Assembly (NCBI RefSeq): GCF_964204645.1
Contig: NC_134027.1
Location: forward strand, 13,734,485 to 13,798,484
Length of the DNA: 64,000 nucleotides
Direction: 5' to 3'
DNA from: Tubulanus polymorphus
Taxonomy: Eukaryota > Animalia > Nemertea
A program made the position numbers and the translations under genes. This document shows positions 63,058-64,000 of this stretch, in pieces. How positions within the stretch are numbered: position 1 is the first letter of the stretch; every line of letters starts with the position of its first letter. Below the pieces are notes generated by a model. It saw nothing but the letters and a program-made list of their open reading frames with translations. It was not told the DNA's origin and searched no databases.

Positions 63058-64000
63058 AAAGAATTGTTGCGGGCAACAAAAACCAAACTACTGAATTGTC
63101 GCGGGTGATAAAACCAAAATATTGAATTGTCGCTGGCGATAAAACAAAAATATTGAATTGTCGCGGGCGATAAAACCAAAATAATGAATTGTCTCGGGCG
63201 ATAAAACCAAAATAATGAATTGTCTCGGGCGACAAAACCAAAATAATGAATTGTCTCGGGCGACAAAACCAAAATAATGAATTGTCGCGGGCGACAAAAC
63301 CAAAAAAGAATTGTCGGGGCGACAAAACCAAAATAATGAATTGTCGCGGGCGATAAAACCAAAATAATGAATTTTCTCGGGCGACAAAACCAAAATAATG
63401 AATTGTCGCGGGCGACAAAACCAAAAAAAGAATAGTCGGGGCGACAAAACCAAAATAATGAATTGTCGCGGGCGATAAAACCAAAAAAATTAATTGTCGC
63501 GGACGTCAAAACCAAAATGGTGAATTGTCACGGGCGACAAAACCAAGATAATGAATTGTCGCGGGCGATAAAACCAAAATAATGAATTTTCTCGGGCGAC
63601 AAAACCAAAATAATGAATTGTCGCGGGCGACAAAACCAAAAAAAGAATAATCGGGGCGACAAAACCAAAATAATGAATTGTCGCGGGCGATAAAACCAAA
63701 AAAATGAATTGTCGCGGACGTCAAAACCAAAATGGTGAATTGTCACGGGCGAAAAAAAAACCAAAATAATGAATTGTCGCGGGCGATAAAATAGTAATAA
63801 TGAATTGTCGCCGGCGATAAAACCAAAATAATGAATTATCGCGGGCGATAAAACCAAAATATTGAATTGTCGCGGGTGACAAAAACAAAATATAAAACCA
63901 AAATAATGAATTGTCGCGGGCGACAAAACCAAAAAGAAGAATTGTCGCGGGCGACAAAACCAAAATAATGCATTGTCGCTGGCGATAAAACCAAAGCAAT
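63058..64000 (+). repeat. 31-bp satellite, right segment (runs off window)
   Basis: About 30 units of the same consensus. Confidence 0.97.

Noticed and set aside
61242-63999. Many minus-strand ORFs (VLSPATIHYF...)
   Set aside because: Stop-free frames of the 31-bp satellite; the unit length is not a multiple of 3.
61340-64000. CRISPR-like array
   Set aside because: Head-to-tail units with no unique spacers, no cas genes, eukaryotic context.

Overview
AT-rich eukaryotic DNA, probably from an invertebrate animal (inferred from the TE repertoire). Most of the window is transposable elements, and most short ORFs in the track are spurious. Main components: (1) a decayed CACTA/EnSpm-type element (362-5871); (2) a three-level nest in which a long-TIR foldback element (7823-15845) holds an intron-containing piggyBac with an intact transposase frame (8075-14513), which holds a Penelope-like element (PLE) with 935-bp inverted arms and two hammerhead ribozymes (8110-11496); (3) a 245-bp TSD-flanked palindromic mini-PLE that is essentially tail plus ribozyme (31991-32235); (4) two DIRS1-type retrotransposons sharing inactivating lesions, each inserted at T-AT-TTT in an older RT gene; (5) five copies of a Helentron-associated (HINE-like) element whose 154-bp repeats each carry a near-consensus CTCF motif; (6) LINE fragments, a tRNA-SINE and MITEs; (7) three putative host exons; (8) a virus-like island with an HNH-type nuclease ORF and an orphan ORF (58.3-61.2 kb), followed by a 31-bp satellite. 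Family assignments come from motif recognition by eye; no database search was run.
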